Positions 1 through 10,911 of a stretch of DNA of 45,999 nt are shown one piece after another. Origin of the DNA: Nemertoderma westbladi (taxonomy: Eukaryota; Animalia; Xenacoelomorpha); NCBI GenBank assembly GCA_032718475.1, contig JAUCBJ010002346.1, positions 1-45,999 of the forward strand, read 5' to 3'. The notes below the pieces were generated by a model. The model was not told the origin of the DNA and searched no databases. It saw nothing but the letters and a program-made list of their open reading frames with translations. Both the position numbers and the translations under genes were made by a program. Each line of letters starts with the position of its first letter. Position 1 is the stretch's first letter.

Positions 1-1916
1 TATTAAGGAGATAACACAATGTCAGAGTGAGAACAAAAAAATTAGATATGGTATCAATATATTACCATGAAGATTACTAGAAGTGATGAATTTTATTAAA
101 AACATTCACTTATATATATAAATTTGTGATGTGGCATAGTCAACGAAGAAGAGATGGTACGTGTCATAATCATCGACGAATAAGAAAAGAGATGGAGTGC
201 AACGTGGATGAATGGTTGGTTGTCTGAATAGGAAATACGTGAAAGAATATGAATCATAGGGTTGTGTGTGTAATAATCAATAATTATTATAATAAAAACG
301 TGCAGTATATAATGTTAGTGGTGGTAGCCTTTCAATATGACACAGATGCTGCGGGATTGGTTAGGTTGAGTAACTACTATGCAAATGTTGTTTGTATACG
401 TGTAGCCGGGACGTGGATTGGTGACAGCCGTGGTGGAGTTGGCAATCAATATAATATCTGCTGTAGTTGGTGGCCACGTTGTCAGCATATACAGTATACA
501 GTGGTTGGTTGGTTGCGTGAATAGGAAATAACTATGGAAATGTTCGTATACGTGTAGCCGGAAACGTGGTGGATTGGTAGGTTGCTTGGTTGAATGGATT
601 GGTGACAGCCGTCGAAGAGTTGGCGATCGATTCGATATAATAGGGTAGTGTGGGGCTAGCCACACGATGAGAGGTTTGGGTACGCGAAGATGAATATGCT
701 ATGGTTGGTTGATGCAACGACGCGAACCAATACTGACGGGAGGTAACAGCTGTAGGAGTAAGGAGGGCATCGCGAGGTTAGGCTACGCGTAGGTGATAGG
801 CAGCGATTGGCTGAAGGCAACGACGCGAATCAATATTGATGGTGACAGATGGTCATTAAACACCTCGATTTAGCACCGGAATTTGGCATTTTTTAATTGC
901 CTCCGAGATGTGGCCCGTAGCCCAGGCTAGGGAGGAGATAGCCGAGAACTATGCTTCTCCTACTACTTACCAGGGACCCAGCTCTTTATATCAGACTCAG
1001 ACTCTAACTTCCTAATTTATATCTTCAGCAATCAGTCCCAGCCCAAGCTTTTCCAGTGCACAGCCCAATCAGGCCTATTAGCTAACCCGCCATTGCAGCA
1101 TTGTCTATACCTATAAATGTGATAGATACCCGGTAGGCTTCCCTACATAGTTTGTTGTACAGTATAGCAGTACATAAGAAATTAAGATGATACCTGAAAT
1201 GAATGAATGAAATGAATATTTAATTTCGCGACAATTTTAATCAATAATTTCGGGGATTTACTTATAGCCATGCAACGCGTGGCTAATTTTATCTAAAAAT
1301 TGGTACCCAGTGTTATTTTTTTGTGCTCTTTCTATTTTCGACTGCTTTCGGTTGTGTTGCTCTTGAAGTACCTTCTCATTATGTGTGAAACTTGAAATCA
1401 ACAGTATAATACTGTATGTTTGAAACTTAAAAAATATAAATATTAAAATTTATTATTTCCATATTAGATATTCAAGATAATAATTCACAAAAATGTTTTG
1501 AAAAATCGAAACACTGGCATATAAACCATTTTATTGGTATGAAAGTAAGTGAAGAAACTTAAAAATGTACCATTATTAGATTGTATAGACATACTAACCT
1601 TATAATTAAATAGTAATTCATCATAATTATTATTATTACTATTATGTGCGCAAAAGAAAACAATAATACTCGCGCATTCCCTCGCAGTCGAGTTATTTAT
1701 ATAGAGTACGAAGATTTCTGAGTTTAAACATTTCAAAGTAATTGCGCGACATGCATTTGCTGCCAGTGTTGTAAAAGCATGAAATACCTATACAACAAGA
1801 AGTTATCATAAAACAAAAACATGATTGTGTCAAGTTTGTGGGATGCTTCCCAAAACCCAGATGTTAGTTGCTGTAAATAATTCACCTATTCATTAATTAA
1901 TTTCACAACCTTACTT

Positions 1917-1942
1917 CCCCCCCCCCCCCCCCCCCCCCCCCC
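1917..1942 (+). repeat. Poly-C tract (26 nt)
   Basis: Seen directly. Confidence 0.9.
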
Positions 1943-2069
1943 TTTGCGATTTCACTCTTCGTAGCGTCATTTCCTGGATTGACCTCTACAGAATGCCTTC
2001 CGCAGCCGGGCTAAACATACAGATCAGATCACCTGACGACTGTCGACAGCTGATTTCTGGTTGCATGTA

Positions 2070-2620
2070 ATGTGGGGCGAGCCACGCAGTCAGTGCGAGC
2101 CTTAGTGCACAATTACAATTAGTAAATAGGGCAAAATTTCATATTCGTCTGTCTGTCTGTCCATCTGTCTGTAATGAAAAATTCATTCGTAAGTAACTTT
2201 TGAATCGTTTAACCATTTTCAACCAAATTTTGTATGGGCATACTAGATAAAAAGTTCCAATATTTTTGAAAGTTACGGGTGAATACCGCCTCTCGAACTT
2301 TTGACTCCAGATCAAATCGAACTTGCTCAAGTTCGCGTGCTGCGCGACGCCCCACGAACGTGTGTAGGACTGTATGCAAACATTGTTTAGAGTTACATTC
2401 ATTCCCACATTCTGCCCGAGCCCGCATTCTTTCATGGTAGTTTCTTGGCTTGTCATCCTTCTTAATCTGCATTTTTAATCTAAAAATGACTGCGGAGAGG
2501 AGATACATGCTGTACAGAAAAATGTTTAAACAAATTAATTTCCGTCACTATGTTTGCACTGCACGTCATAGTATCATCATCCTATCACGTGGGGTTGAAA
2601 GTACAATTACAGTAGGCCTA
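2070..2620. mobile_element. Probable solitary DINE/Helentron-like element of another family (boundaries approximate)
   Basis: (GTCT)n at 2147-2171 followed by the core-like aaccattttcaaccaaattttgtatg. Confidence 0.45.
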
Positions 2621-2703
2621 CAACATTATTACTAACCTGTATAGCAATCTTAGACCAGTAGACTATTGCACTCCGGACATTGAGACCATGACAAAGTACA
2701 AGT

Positions 2704-2730
2704 TTACGTCATCACAGCTCTCTATATAAA
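2704..2730 (+). promoter_or_regulatory. CRE/ATF-like site (TTACGTCA) followed by TATA box (TATATAAA); possible upstream perilipin promoter
   Basis: Motifs seen directly at 2704-2711 and 2723-2730; function inferred only. Confidence 0.3.
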
Positions 2731-2873
2731 GGGAGTTCATACGATAATCGTACACCCTCTTTGTGACCTAATTAAGTTTCAGTAAATTTCAACTACTGAC
2801 CTACAGGTACAGTAATTAGGCCTACTTATTTATTATTTACCTTACAGCCTTACTGTAGCAGTAGATAGCCAGA

Positions 2874-3838
2874 CCGGTGTCACAAGGAAATCAGCCCCCC
2901 CCCCTAGAATATGCCCCCCGCCCCCGGGGCATTATTTCCTAGGATATTATGTCCCCCCGGGCAATTTTTCCTAGGAAATTTAGCCCGGGGGGGCATTTTC
3001 TCCTTAGGAAATAATGCCTCCCCTCAGGAAAATTAGCCCCCCTCAAAAGTCTGAAAACTGGTACGATACCGGTACCGGTCTGCTGGTAGCCACTTTTAAT
3101 CTACCAACTGCAGAACTTGTAATAGTTGGACTGTTGTAAGAATAGTACGGTGCCGGTCTGCCGGTAGGTAAGCAGGTAAGGCAGTAAGGGATGTAGAACA
3201 GCATACTGAAGTATCATAAGTCAGTAGGCTACTGTACAGCTGTAGTAAGTACTGGTATAACAGCAGTGCGAGTGTGTGGTGTTGTGTGGGCGCCGAGCAG
3301 CTCCAAGCTTTTTTAAGTCTGTAACCTGCTCCTTTCCCTGATTTGGTAAAGTGATTGTTTATTGTTTTGGTTAGAAAATCCCGCCTCTGTAACCTGCTCC
3401 TTTCTCTCAATTGGTAATGTTATCGTTTATTGTTTTGGTTAGAAAATCCCGTCTCTGTAACCTGCTCCTTTCCCTGATTTGCTAAAGTGACTGTTTATTG
3501 TTTTGGTTAGAAAATCCCGCCTCTGTAACCTGCTCCTTTCCCTCAATTAGTTAAATGATCGTTTATTGTTTTGGTTAGAAAGGCCTGCCTCTGTAACCTG
3601 CTCCTTTCCTTCATTTGGTAAAGTGACTGTTTACCGGTATTGTTTTGTATAATTTTTGTAAGTTTTAGTAGTAATAAGTTTTCTTTATTGTATAATTCAG
3701 GGGGGGGGGGGCATAATTTCCTAAGGGGGGGCATTTTTTTCCTAGGGAAATTTGCCCGGGGGGGCATTTTTTCCTAGGAAAATATGCCCCCCGGGCACAT
3801 TTCCCGGGGGGGGGGGGCATATTTTCCTGTTACACCGG
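2874..3838. mobile_element. MITE / non-autonomous DNA transposon with imperfect TIRs
   Basis: Left end CCGGTGTCACAAGGAAAT versus reverse complement of right end CCGGTGTAACAGGAAAAT. Both ends have subterminal ttcctagg/gccccc repeats. No clear TSD. Confidence 0.75.
3319..3633 (+). repeat. 68-bp tandem repeat, ~4.6 copies, inside the MITE
   Basis: ctgtaacctgctccttt starts at 3319, 3387, 3455, 3523 and 3591. Confidence 0.92.
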
Positions 3839-5776
3839 TACCTCAAACTTCCAATAATATTCTGTAGGCCTGATTCTTAATCCTGCAATCAGGTACCTGG
3901 GTACCGTATCGGTAAAATCCATTCTGCTCATCTCAAAGCTAACTCAGTACTCAGTAACTGCAACTTCTAACAGTCTAAGACTGAAGACTACGACTACAGT
4001 ACTACTGTACTACTGCTGTAGGCCTACTGTGCGAAGAAAGAACCGTGCACCCGTGACGCATACATCTGTAAATACAGAAATACCGACTGACCGATACGTC
4101 TACGAAAACTTGCTCCTTACCCATTTACCTCCGGCTCCGCCAGCCCCAGGCACCGCACCACCAGCTGACAGGCTGACCAGCCACCACAAAGGAACACTAC
4201 AAAGGAACGGCAAACTGTGAGTTTATTTTGAATCTTTAGCTGTTTAGCAGTTTAGTGCTTTACCGGGTCTGCTTTAGCTGTTTAGCCTAAACTTCTAAAT
4301 TATACCGGTCAGCCGGCAGCCACAGCCTGTAGTAGGCTTAGGTACGGTCTGTAGGACTATCTGAAACTAAAATGCATTTACAGCATTGCTGTTGTTCGCA
4401 GCTTGTGGCAGTGTGGCTTGGCTGCTCCTGCTAGCAGTGTTACAGTGCTAGGGGGTGTGGGTGGGTGTACCATGCAGCCATGTACTATCATATATATTAC
4501 AGTACAGCAGTATTGATTGAAACCACATGCCCTGATCAGCTGATGCCAGGCTGCCAGGTTGCTTGATGTCGTATACAGGTATATAATATATATTGCAGAG
4601 TGGATGCAGGGATGGTTAGATTGTGTCAGACTCAGACTGTATCAGTGTGTGGTAGGCCGGTAGGCCTACGATATAATGATTAGATGATACGACTTCATGT
4701 ACTACCCTGCTACTGTGCTACCACAGTACCACCGCACACCGCCACTGCTTAACGCTAACTATGTATCTATCTATCTATGCTAACTAGGGGCCTACCTGCA
4801 TATATATCTGTATTATCAGATTATAGGCCTATATCTGTGTCTATAGGCTTATACAATATTACAATATACATAAATCGTAAATACAGAAATACAAAGTAGT
4901 AGCCCTGCGCAAAGTTCAATATAACCGGCATCGGTGTGGTGATTGATTGCCAGTAACCGTGTTTTATTGCATTATGCACTATTGCACTATCATCCACTAG
5001 GCGTACCACTACACTACTTGCAACTGGAGATTATCTGCAATCGCGCAGTCTTATTTATTTATTACTGTATTATAGTCCTACATATTTCATTTATTAATAC
5101 AGTAATAGTTCGCTTATATTGGAGTCGGGAGTCGGATTATGTCTTCACGCGAAACTAAACTAACCGGTAACATTTACTGTCCATTAAATTTTATTTTGTA
5201 TGTTATTAAGTTGTTTGTCTGTGTATAGTGTTTGCGCTCAGTTAATGTTTGTTGTAGCAGGGTGGAGGAAATGATTACCTCTCATTACTTACATCACTGT
5301 TCCATTCTGCAAGTCTCGACCGAGTCTTGCAGAGTATTACAGATTACAGTATTATAGAGGTGGTAGGTGAACCTATGGATATATTACATATTTTTTATGT
5401 CAGGGTAGGGCAGAAGGAACAAGCAGCAAATTTGTCCCGACTATATTATTTCAGAAACCTTTTTATCGTGCATCTGCTGCCCCTCACCGAGGATGAAATT
5501 GGGATTTTGGTACAATATGTAACATGTCCGAACCTCAATTTCGAAAAGTTTTTTAGTTCTGCCTTGCTTCAGATTCAGAACCTATTTATGATTTTGGCTT
5601 CCTGGTCAGGGACACTCACCCTGTCCAGTAACTCATTCAGCCTTCACGTGAAGATTGTCAATACAATATAGCAATTTGCAATAGGCTATAGGATAGCTTA
5701 GACTTAGACATAGGGTTGCCTTCATGAGACTCGTGGTTAAGTTGGCTAAGTTTAGGTTTTAGGTTATGTTAGAATC

Positions 5777-5821
5777 GTTAGCATGGAGTGGGTGAGTACT
5801 ACTCACCCACTCCATGCTAAC
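5777..5821. repeat. Perfect 22-bp-arm palindrome, 1-nt spacer (centre 5799)
   Basis: gttagcatggagtgggtgagta C tactcacccactccatgctaac. Confidence 0.95.
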
Positions 5822-6232
5822 CTGTAGGGTGTAGGCATATGAGAAAATGCACTCATGTGGATGAAATACATAGAAAGTATAGCTATTAGACCCCCTAATT
5901 CTATCTAAACGCGATGTTAGTAATTATTCGACGCCTAATTCCATATATAGGTATATTGTTGAATTATAACAACACCCAGATTAATCTTCCTTGGTTAGGT
6001 TAAACTTATGTTAGGCACCTACTCAGTGAGTAGGTGCCTAACATAAGTTTAACCTAACCAAGGAAGATTAATCTGGGTGTTGTTATAATTCAACAATATA
6101 CCTATATATGGAATTAGGCGTCGAATAATTACTAACATCGCGTTTAGATAGAATTAGGGGGTCTAATAGCTATACTTTCTATGTATTTCATCCACATGAG
6201 TGCATTTTCTCATATGCCTACACCCTACAGGT
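5820..6232. repeat. Perfect palindrome, 206-bp arms, 1-nt spacer (centre 6026)
   Basis: acctgtagggtgtaggc...cctactca G tgagtagg...gcctacaccctacaggt. Confidence 0.95.
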
Positions 6233-6491
6233 ATTAGGGTTGGAATGGAACCCAGTTTCCGTCAAGTAACTGGGTTCCTTCAAATCATATTTACATCAAA
6301 TATATGGAAAGTTTATTTCAATATATATTTAATACTCTTATTCACGGACATTGCAATATTTACTTTTGCTTTAGGTTTACAATCAAATCGGTATTGTTAA
6401 AATAGTCATTGTCAGTAATATTTATTTTCTTCTAATTTCAGAATTTACCAATTTTAAACATTCGAAACGCCGTGTTTGCGAAAGAGGAACA

Positions 6492-7829
6492 ATGCCAGCG
6501 AGTTTACATGAACTCGAGCCAGTAGAGGAGGTTGATATGGGGGACACTAAACCGTGGACAGCGGAATCCCTTAATCAGGTAGCCCAGTGGCCGTTGGTAT
6601 CGTCTGGTTGGAGTCGCTTGTGGGATGTGTACGCGAGCACGAAGGAGTACAATCAGATGACGCAACTAGCTCTGGGATCAGTGGAGAAGTCCTTGAGTTC
6701 AGTGGCCAATCGCGCCACTCCCTACATGGACACGTTGGCGCCGCATCTCAGCAGAGCGGACCACTTTGTGTGCGGAAAGTTGGAAAACATAGAGGAGAGA
6801 ATCCCCATGGTTAAACGCGATCCCAAGGAAGTTGTCGCGGAGGTAGGCGCCGAGATATCGGCTCAAAAACAACGGCTAGTGGATGGGGTGGAAGCGGGGA
6901 GGGAGGCGATAACACAACGGGTCAACCGGAACAAACAGCTGCTGGTGGATAACCGTGACAGAGTGAACCACATGGTGATGGGGTATCTGGATGGGGCGAT
7001 CAGTAAGGCCGAGTCCGTGTTGGACTACTGGCTGCCGGAGCCGGAGGAGGATGGGGTAGATGCCGGGAGAGTGAAGGAGATTGTTGGGATCGTCGAGGAA
7101 GTTGATCCGGTTGCGATTCGCGTTCGTCGTCTCGGTAGCTCGGCGCGCTCTCGTGCCTATAAACACACGCAGAGGCGGTTGTACGCGATGCGAAATCGGG
7201 CGAAGCACGCCGTGGATAAGTTGCAGTACGTGGTAGTCGCTGTTGATTACTATAAGGGGGAGGCCCAAGGTCTGCAGCAATCCATGTCTGACCGCGCTCA
7301 TGGCTTGCAGCAATCCATGTGCGACCATGCTCAGGGTCTGCAGCAGTCCATGTGCGACCGTTTGGGCGCCCCCATCGACCCTACGGGGCTCCAACTCGCT
7401 CGCAACATGGCCCGGCAGCTGCGCGACTCCGCCACCGCACTGTTGGAGTACGCTCCACCGGGGCTCCGCTCCGGGCTGGAGCTGAGTCGGGACTACGCGG
7501 AGGGGTTGTATGCCGCGCTCCCGGGCTCCGGGCTCCTCTCGGCCCAGCAGCTGCTCGACATCCGACGCGGGATCCCGGCTGTTCGTTCCGCCGTCTACCA
7601 GCTCAGCGACGCGTTGCTCAACTCGTGGCTCGTCCAGCGGGTTTTGCCCCAGGTCGAGGTGGACCGCTTGGATCCCGAGCTAGCTCGGATGAGTTCTTCG
7701 GAAGAGGAAACCTCCGACAACGAGGTCCTCCGCTGCGCTAATCCTGGAACCCACAACGAACTCATCGTTTCCTTCGGTTCCAACGATGTTGTGTCCTCTT
7801 TCAGTTCGACGATGGACGATGAACATTAA
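6492..7829 (+). CDS. Perilipin-family (PAT) lipid droplet protein, perilipin-2-like, single coding exon, 445 aa
   Basis: N-terminus SLNQVAQWPLVSSGWSRLWDVYASTKE...ADHFVCGKLENIEERIP matches the PAT domain pattern (RVxxLPLVSS...Y..TK...AC..LD.IEE.LP). It also has the SESVLDYWLP-type motif and a helical C-terminal half. GC-rich ORF preceded by a good acceptor (ttttcttctaatttcAG, ending 6441). Confidence 0.9.
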   Translation: MPASLHELEPVEEVDMGDTKPWTAESLNQVAQWPLVSSGWSRLWDVYASTKEYNQMTQLALGSVEKSLSSVANRATPYMDTLAPHLSRADHFVCGKLENIEERIPMVKRDPKEVVAEVGAEISAQKQRLVDGVEAGREAITQRVNRNKQLLVDNRDRVNHMVMGYLDGAISKAESVLDYWLPEPEEDGVDAGRVKEIVGIVEEVDPVAIRVRRLGSSARSRAYKHTQRRLYAMRNRAKHAVDKLQYVVVAVDYYKGEAQGLQQSMSDRAHGLQQSMCDHAQGLQQSMCDRLGAPIDPTGLQLARNMARQLRDSATALLEYAPPGLRSGLELSRDYAEGLYAALPGSGLLSAQQLLDIRRGIPAVRSAVYQLSDALLNSWLVQRVLPQVEVDRLDPELARMSSSEEETSDNEVLRCANPGTHNELIVSFGSNDVVSSFSSTMDDEH

Positions 7830-8328
7830 TGTCCCTAAGCTCTACCGTGTGTTTATCATTTATTTATTATTAAAATATCCAAACTCACTCAACTCAACAC
7901 ACTCAACTCTTAGTTAACTCTCTCACAATGTAGGTCAGTCATTTATCCCGCTGTTTCGTTACTGTTAGGTGTTTTGTGGTAGTTTTTTTTCGTGTTACGG
8001 TACCTTAAAGTAAGTTAGCTATCATATAACTCTGCGATGGATGCACTCTATCTGTATTTAACCTGCTGTAATACAATGTTAAAATTAATTATAATTAACT
8101 ATGAAAAAATCAATTTGCTTTTTTTGACATAACGCCACCATTTTTGGCATTTGCGACCTTAGCTTTGAAGTGCAAAAACAAATTCAATGCGTCATTCAGC
8201 TGGCGCCTTTCTGGTAGACCATGCATGGGATCAATCAACACGTAAGTGAGCTAAGTGTTTGACACCTAGCCGTTTCAGATGGGGTGGCGTGCTATGGGAG
8301 GATGCGCGTGAATGAATAAGTCCGGGAT

Positions 8329-8520
8329 GTGACACATACCAGCACGTGATACAACTACCAACGCGTGACACATCTACCAACGCGTGACACATCTACCAAC
8401 GAGTGACACATCTACCAACGAGTGACAAAAAATAAAGGTGACATATCTACAAACGCGTGACAACTACCAGCACATGACATATCTACCAGCACGTGACATA
8501 TCTACCAGCACGTGACCTAC
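8329..8520 (+). repeat. ~20-bp minisatellite (gtgacacatctaccaacgc variants), about 9 copies
   Basis: Seen directly; abuts the donor of exon variant B. Confidence 0.85.
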
Positions 8521-8687
8521 TCGAGGTTTGATTTCACCCCGTTCCTCCATTAAACGTTGTAGGGATCGCGTTGTAACATGACTTCCCAGGATCTGTTCCT
8601 TGCTTATATAAATATCGTAAGTTAAGTTCAAACGATCGCCCAATTCCTTTAGTAAATCGAAGCAAAACCCAGAGCAGCAGGCGTCGG
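8521..8687 (-). CDS. grin1: GluN1-like S1 exon, variant B (ADACCSGFCFDLLKELGDRLNLTYDIYISKEQILGSHVTTRSLQRLMEERGEIKPR)
   Basis: Bounded by tttcttaCAG and GTAGGT, 167 nt, open, phase 1 to 0. Second copy of CCxGxCxDLL...TYD. Confidence 0.82.
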
Positions 8688-9491
8688 CTGTAAGAAATAT
8701 ACTGCGATAGGTAATAATTATGTGGGAGTCTGTCTGAAGTGTTAGTTATGTAGGTAATAATTATTCCAATAGACCCAGGATTGCGTGTGGCTGCATGAAA
8801 TAAACACTAATTAATTATTAATGTAATGCATAATTAATTAATTAATACTATATAAGGTCAATCATGTTAGTCGTAATAAATCAACCAAAGATAACATTTA
8901 AAAGCAATAAAATAGATTTTATTTCCAGTCAACCTTAAGGCGCCATATCTTAAGAAAAATATTTCAAGACCTGGAGATGAATTGAGAAAAAATAGGTTAA
9001 TATACCTAGAACCACATCACTGTAGATATAATGTTGGAGATGAAGTCGGAAGACAATTAGCAGAAAAATACTCAGAAGCTAGTTGATGCGCATTAGGTTA
9101 TGGAGCTGCACAATACGCATAATGTTTGTGTCGTCAAGTCATTTCGCGCGCCCATATTGTACAGGGTGTGTTCAGTCATTTCCAATGCGTTCTATAGCTA
9201 CTTCTAGAACGCAATGATTATTAGCCAATCCGGAAATTTATATAAAACTTAATTCAGCTGTTATTAAATATTATGTTATCTTATAATCTTTGTTTGGTAA
9301 TTAATACATAATGTAGAACCAAACGAAAATTCCGTTACAACATCCAAAATTTTTGGAAATTTAGGATTTCATCATTTTTTACTTTGATATATTTTCAAAC
9401 TCAAACAAAAATGTAGTGTCAATGACTGAGCAGATCTCTTACAATGTGGGCGGGTAGAATGGCTGTCTTAAGGTAGACAAGGCGCCCCTAC

Positions 9492-9613
9492 CAATTTTGA
9501 GGAGCCCACTGTACCATCAGCGGCTATCCAGATATCGTAGGTTAATTTAAACTTTTTGGCTATGACGTCCAGTAGGTCCACACAATATCCAGTACAACAG
9601 TACGTGTTCATAT
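9492..9613 (-). CDS. grin1: GluN1-like S1 exon, variant A (DMNTYCCTGYCVDLLDVIAKKFKLTYDIWIAADGTVGSSKL)
   Basis: Bounded by CAG and GTAGGG, 122 nt, phase 1 to 0. Contains the NMDA hallmark CCxGxCxDLL...TY. Confidence 0.9.
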
Positions 9614-9726
9614 CTGTGTAAAACAAATAGCAACAAATATCAGATATTTCATACATATTTTTATAATATACCGTTGCTTCCAACCTTATGTAACCATTAT
9701 TTATAGACATTATTTCATATTCCTAC

Positions 9727-9877
9727 CTGTTGAGTTATAACCACGCCTTTTGCAGGGGTACATCGCGGGTGTGTGGAATTTATTACTCAACTCATGGACT
9801 ATATCCAGTGTTCCACAATTGCCGCTAGGAGGCATATCTTTAACGATTACAAATGGAGACTCCTCCACACTCGTAAC
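9727..9877 (-). CDS. grin1: GluN1-like S1 exon with loop 1 (VTSVEESPFVIVKDMPPSGNC...MYPCKRRGYNST)
   Basis: Bounded by TAG and GTAGGA, 151 nt, phase 0 to 1. Contains the EExPFV motif and the two loop-1 cysteines typical of NMDA subunits. Confidence 0.9.
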
Positions 9878-9986
9878 CTACAAAACGCCAAAAATGTCAT
9901 TACCTTTTAGAGAACATCGGCCTACCACATTATTTTAATCTAATATTATTTCATATATTTGAATTTATAATAGAGTCACAACGAAC

Positions 9987-10221
9987 CCTGAGATGGCTCT
10001 TCACGTGTATTCCGTCGGGCTTCTCTCTCACCCCCCCAGGGTAAACTCTCCCATGTCGGTCGTTGAGCACCCATCCCCTCCCGTCAGACCAGGTCCCGAT
10101 GGTTGTCAAGCCGTTGCTCTGAACGTTTAGGAGGTCGTATTCGGAAACCACGCGGTCGCCGGCGTCGTTTAACGATAGAAACCCGGTCCGCCCCTTGGGT
10201 AACTCACTCGATGTTATCGCC
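9987..10221 (-). CDS. grin1: GluN1-like ATD/linker exon (GRTGFLSLNDAGDRVVSEYDLLNVQ...YPGGVREKPDGIHVKSHLR)
   Basis: Bounded by TAG and GTTCGT, 235 nt, phase 2 to 0. Aligns to GluN1 [25 protein letters not shown]...WPGGETEKPRGYQMSTRLK. Confidence 0.9.
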
Positions 10222-10739
10222 CTATCAGCAGAATATCAACAGTTTAACTTGTTTTGTAACGTGAAGTTGTGCCAATTAATTATCAAACGCAAATGAATTG
10301 CCCAAATAATTTTACACATCAATTGAAAATCATAATTGCCGCGACCAGTTTATAAGTAACAAAATATTCTTCAAAAATCTCAATTACTTTATTTAGAAAC
10401 AATCGACTTATGTAATAAGTCTTGATTATTAATTATCCATTGCTCCATTGTACGTGATAGCCATTATAGGCTAAAGTGTAAGATTTTTGAAATACTATAA
10501 AGGGCCTACACTTGTTTTAAGTCCAATAATTTAAGTTATTTAAATATGCCGTCCAGTCAGATGTTATGTAACGTGAGTTTTTGGTGGTGGGTATAATTCT
10601 ATGGGGTAATTTGCTATATCTCATTAATTTCTCAACTCGCTTTATTCAAATCTTTTTAGAGTTTTGGAAACCACCGCCGTTCTCCTTATTACTGTACAAA
10701 TATTAATAGAGTTTAGAAGAGATAAATTCGATAATTTAC

Positions 10740-10911
10740 TTGAATAATTCTTTTCCGCTGGCCCATATTGAAGAGTTACATTTTGTTAGTGGTTGGTCTA
10801 CTATACTTCCCGCAGCAATGCACTTTCGCACAGCTTTATCGATAAGCGCAACAGAGTCATCTATGTGATACCAGGTTTGTTCTCCGAATACTAGCCGAGC
10901 ACCAAACGTAC
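10740..10911 (-). CDS. grin1: GluN1-like ATD exon (GTFGARLVFGEQTWYHIDDSVALIDKAV...CNSSIWASGKELFK)
   Basis: Bounded by CAG and GTAAAT, 172 nt, phase 1 to 2. Aligns to GluN1 [21 protein letters not shown]...C...IWKTGPLFK. Confidence 0.87.

Larger units (their letters stand above)
4217..6441 (+). other. Probable 5'UTR intron of the perilipin gene (non-coding first exon ending at 4216)
   Basis: GTGAGT donor at 4217 after a C-rich exon-like stretch, and a pyrimidine tract plus CAG acceptor 50 nt before the ATG. Pairing of the two sites is inferred. Confidence 0.5.

Noticed and set aside
200-850. Degenerate direct repeats and short ORFs at window start
   Set aside because: Repeats are real (e.g. 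gtatacgtgtagccgg near 394 and 546) but too decayed to assign; ORFs lack recognisable motifs.
971-1110. Minus-strand AG...GTAAGT bounded segment as next receptor exon
   Set aside because: Stops in all frames examined and no WNG/S1 similarity.
5620-5685. Possible third S1 exon copy (minus strand AG|..YCKLLYCIDNL)
   Set aside because: Lacks CCxG and TYD, has an in-frame TGA and the wrong end phase; probably chance.
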